A DNA stretch of 64,000 bases from a virus, in IMG/VR virus record IMGVR_UViG_3300046474_000239, positions 1 through 64,000 of that record; one strand, given 5' to 3'. Position numbers and translations under genes: made by a program. The notes beneath the pieces were generated by a model. It had not been told where the DNA came from, did not search any database, and saw only the letters and a list, made by a program, of their open reading frames with translations. Positions 63,480 to 64,000 of this stretch are shown piece after piece; the stretch's first letter is position 1, and each line of letters opens with the position of its first letter.

Positions 63480-64000
63480 ACGAATCAAGCGGAGCGCCAC
63501 GGTGGAAGGAAACCTCGTCACCGTCGATGACCCAGCGTTCATTACCCTGGTGAAGAAACCAGCCAACCAAAGAGCTTTCGGGATTCTCCGATCCGCCCAA
63601 GAGGACGACAACGTGAGCAAACCAGCATCCAAGCGCGTACCGCGCACCCGGCGTAGCGAAGGCGCCGACAACCTCGTCCGCATCAGCCTCCCCGGTTCCC
63701 TGGATGAAGCTGGCGTGGCTGAGACTCTGGCCTCCTACGGCCTGGCCAACTTCACCGTTACCCGCAGCGAGGATGACACCTCCTGGGTAGCCCAGAACCC
63801 AGGTGCAATCAATTGCACCGACGTGACCACGGTCAACCTGGCTGACGGCATCGTGGCGCAGATCAAGCGCACCGAAGAGACCGAACCAACCGAAGGTAAG
63901 ACCAAGCTGACCGTCGTGACTCTGGAATTCGATGCAGGTTCCTTCCCTGACGCAGCCTCCTGCGCAGAATGGTGCCAGCGGAATTCTGTTGACTTCGATG
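63469..64000 (+). CDS. 5' part of a scaffold/protease-associated head gene (3' truncated)
   Basis: MRSKRIKRS...FITLVKKPANQRAF, reads open to the window end; overlaps the previous stop. Confidence 0.7.
   Translation, partial: MRSKRIKRSATVEGNLVTVDDPAFITLVKKPANQRAFGILRSAQEDDNVSKPASKRVPRTRRSEGADNLVRISLPGSLDEAGVAETLASYGLANFTVTRSEDDTSWVAQNPGAINCTDVTTVNLADGIVAQIKRTEETEPTEGKTKLTVVTLEFDAGSFPDAASCAEWCQRNSVDFD

Larger units (their letters stand above)
745..63818. repeat. Dispersed 16-bp near-palindrome RTGCAAT-CA-ATTGCAY, 23 copies
   Basis: CA-form starts: 745, 6184, 10418, 16471, 18711, 28769, 32715, 33875, 35391, 37007, 40756, 46696, 49238, 63803. Reverse (TG) form starts: 26747, 37715, 38017, 38799, 41224, 41511, 52270, 54935, 60807. 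Confidence 0.97.

Noticed and set aside
1-64000. tRNA, rRNA, integrase, IS elements, introns or inteins
   Set aside because: None recognised by eye; GGTTCRA hits fall inside CDS without cloverleafs. tRNAscan-SE or Aragorn would be needed to exclude them formally

Overview
A 64-kb slice of a large, GC-rich (roughly 60%) tailed dsDNA phage genome; the host is probably a pseudomonad (inference). Every credible gene is on the + strand. Order: replication/recombination genes (SF2 helicase, MerR-like HTH, RecA, two resolvase-type nucleases, Cas4-like exonuclease); a ParB-like / ParB-methyltransferase / CmoA-like block directly upstream of terminase small and large subunits; nucleotide metabolism (thyA, ATP-dependent ligase, dcd, phoH, RNR, RNase H); a displaced receptor module (collagen-like fibre, BspA/DUF285-type repeat protein, PL7 alginate lyase); about 30 kb of small early/accessory genes, many with repeated promoter-leader cassettes, interrupted by a 1.2-kb non-coding inverted-repeat locus near 37.3 kb; then M15-like peptidase, dNMP kinase, dimeric dUTPase, portal, XkdF-type protease and the start of a scaffold-like gene. 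The most striking unexplained signals are: (1) a 16-bp near-palindrome RTGCAATCAATTGCAY present 23 times, densest around the 37.3-kb locus, where its orientation bias also flips; (2) a packaging-linked modification module whose CmoA homologue lacks the carboxy-SAM-defining residues; (3) a shared Arg-rich terminal peptide on many unrelated DNA-associated proteins; (4) a ~250-nt highly structured non-coding RNA candidate. All family assignments come from motif recognition by eye, all counts are hand counts, and no database search was run.
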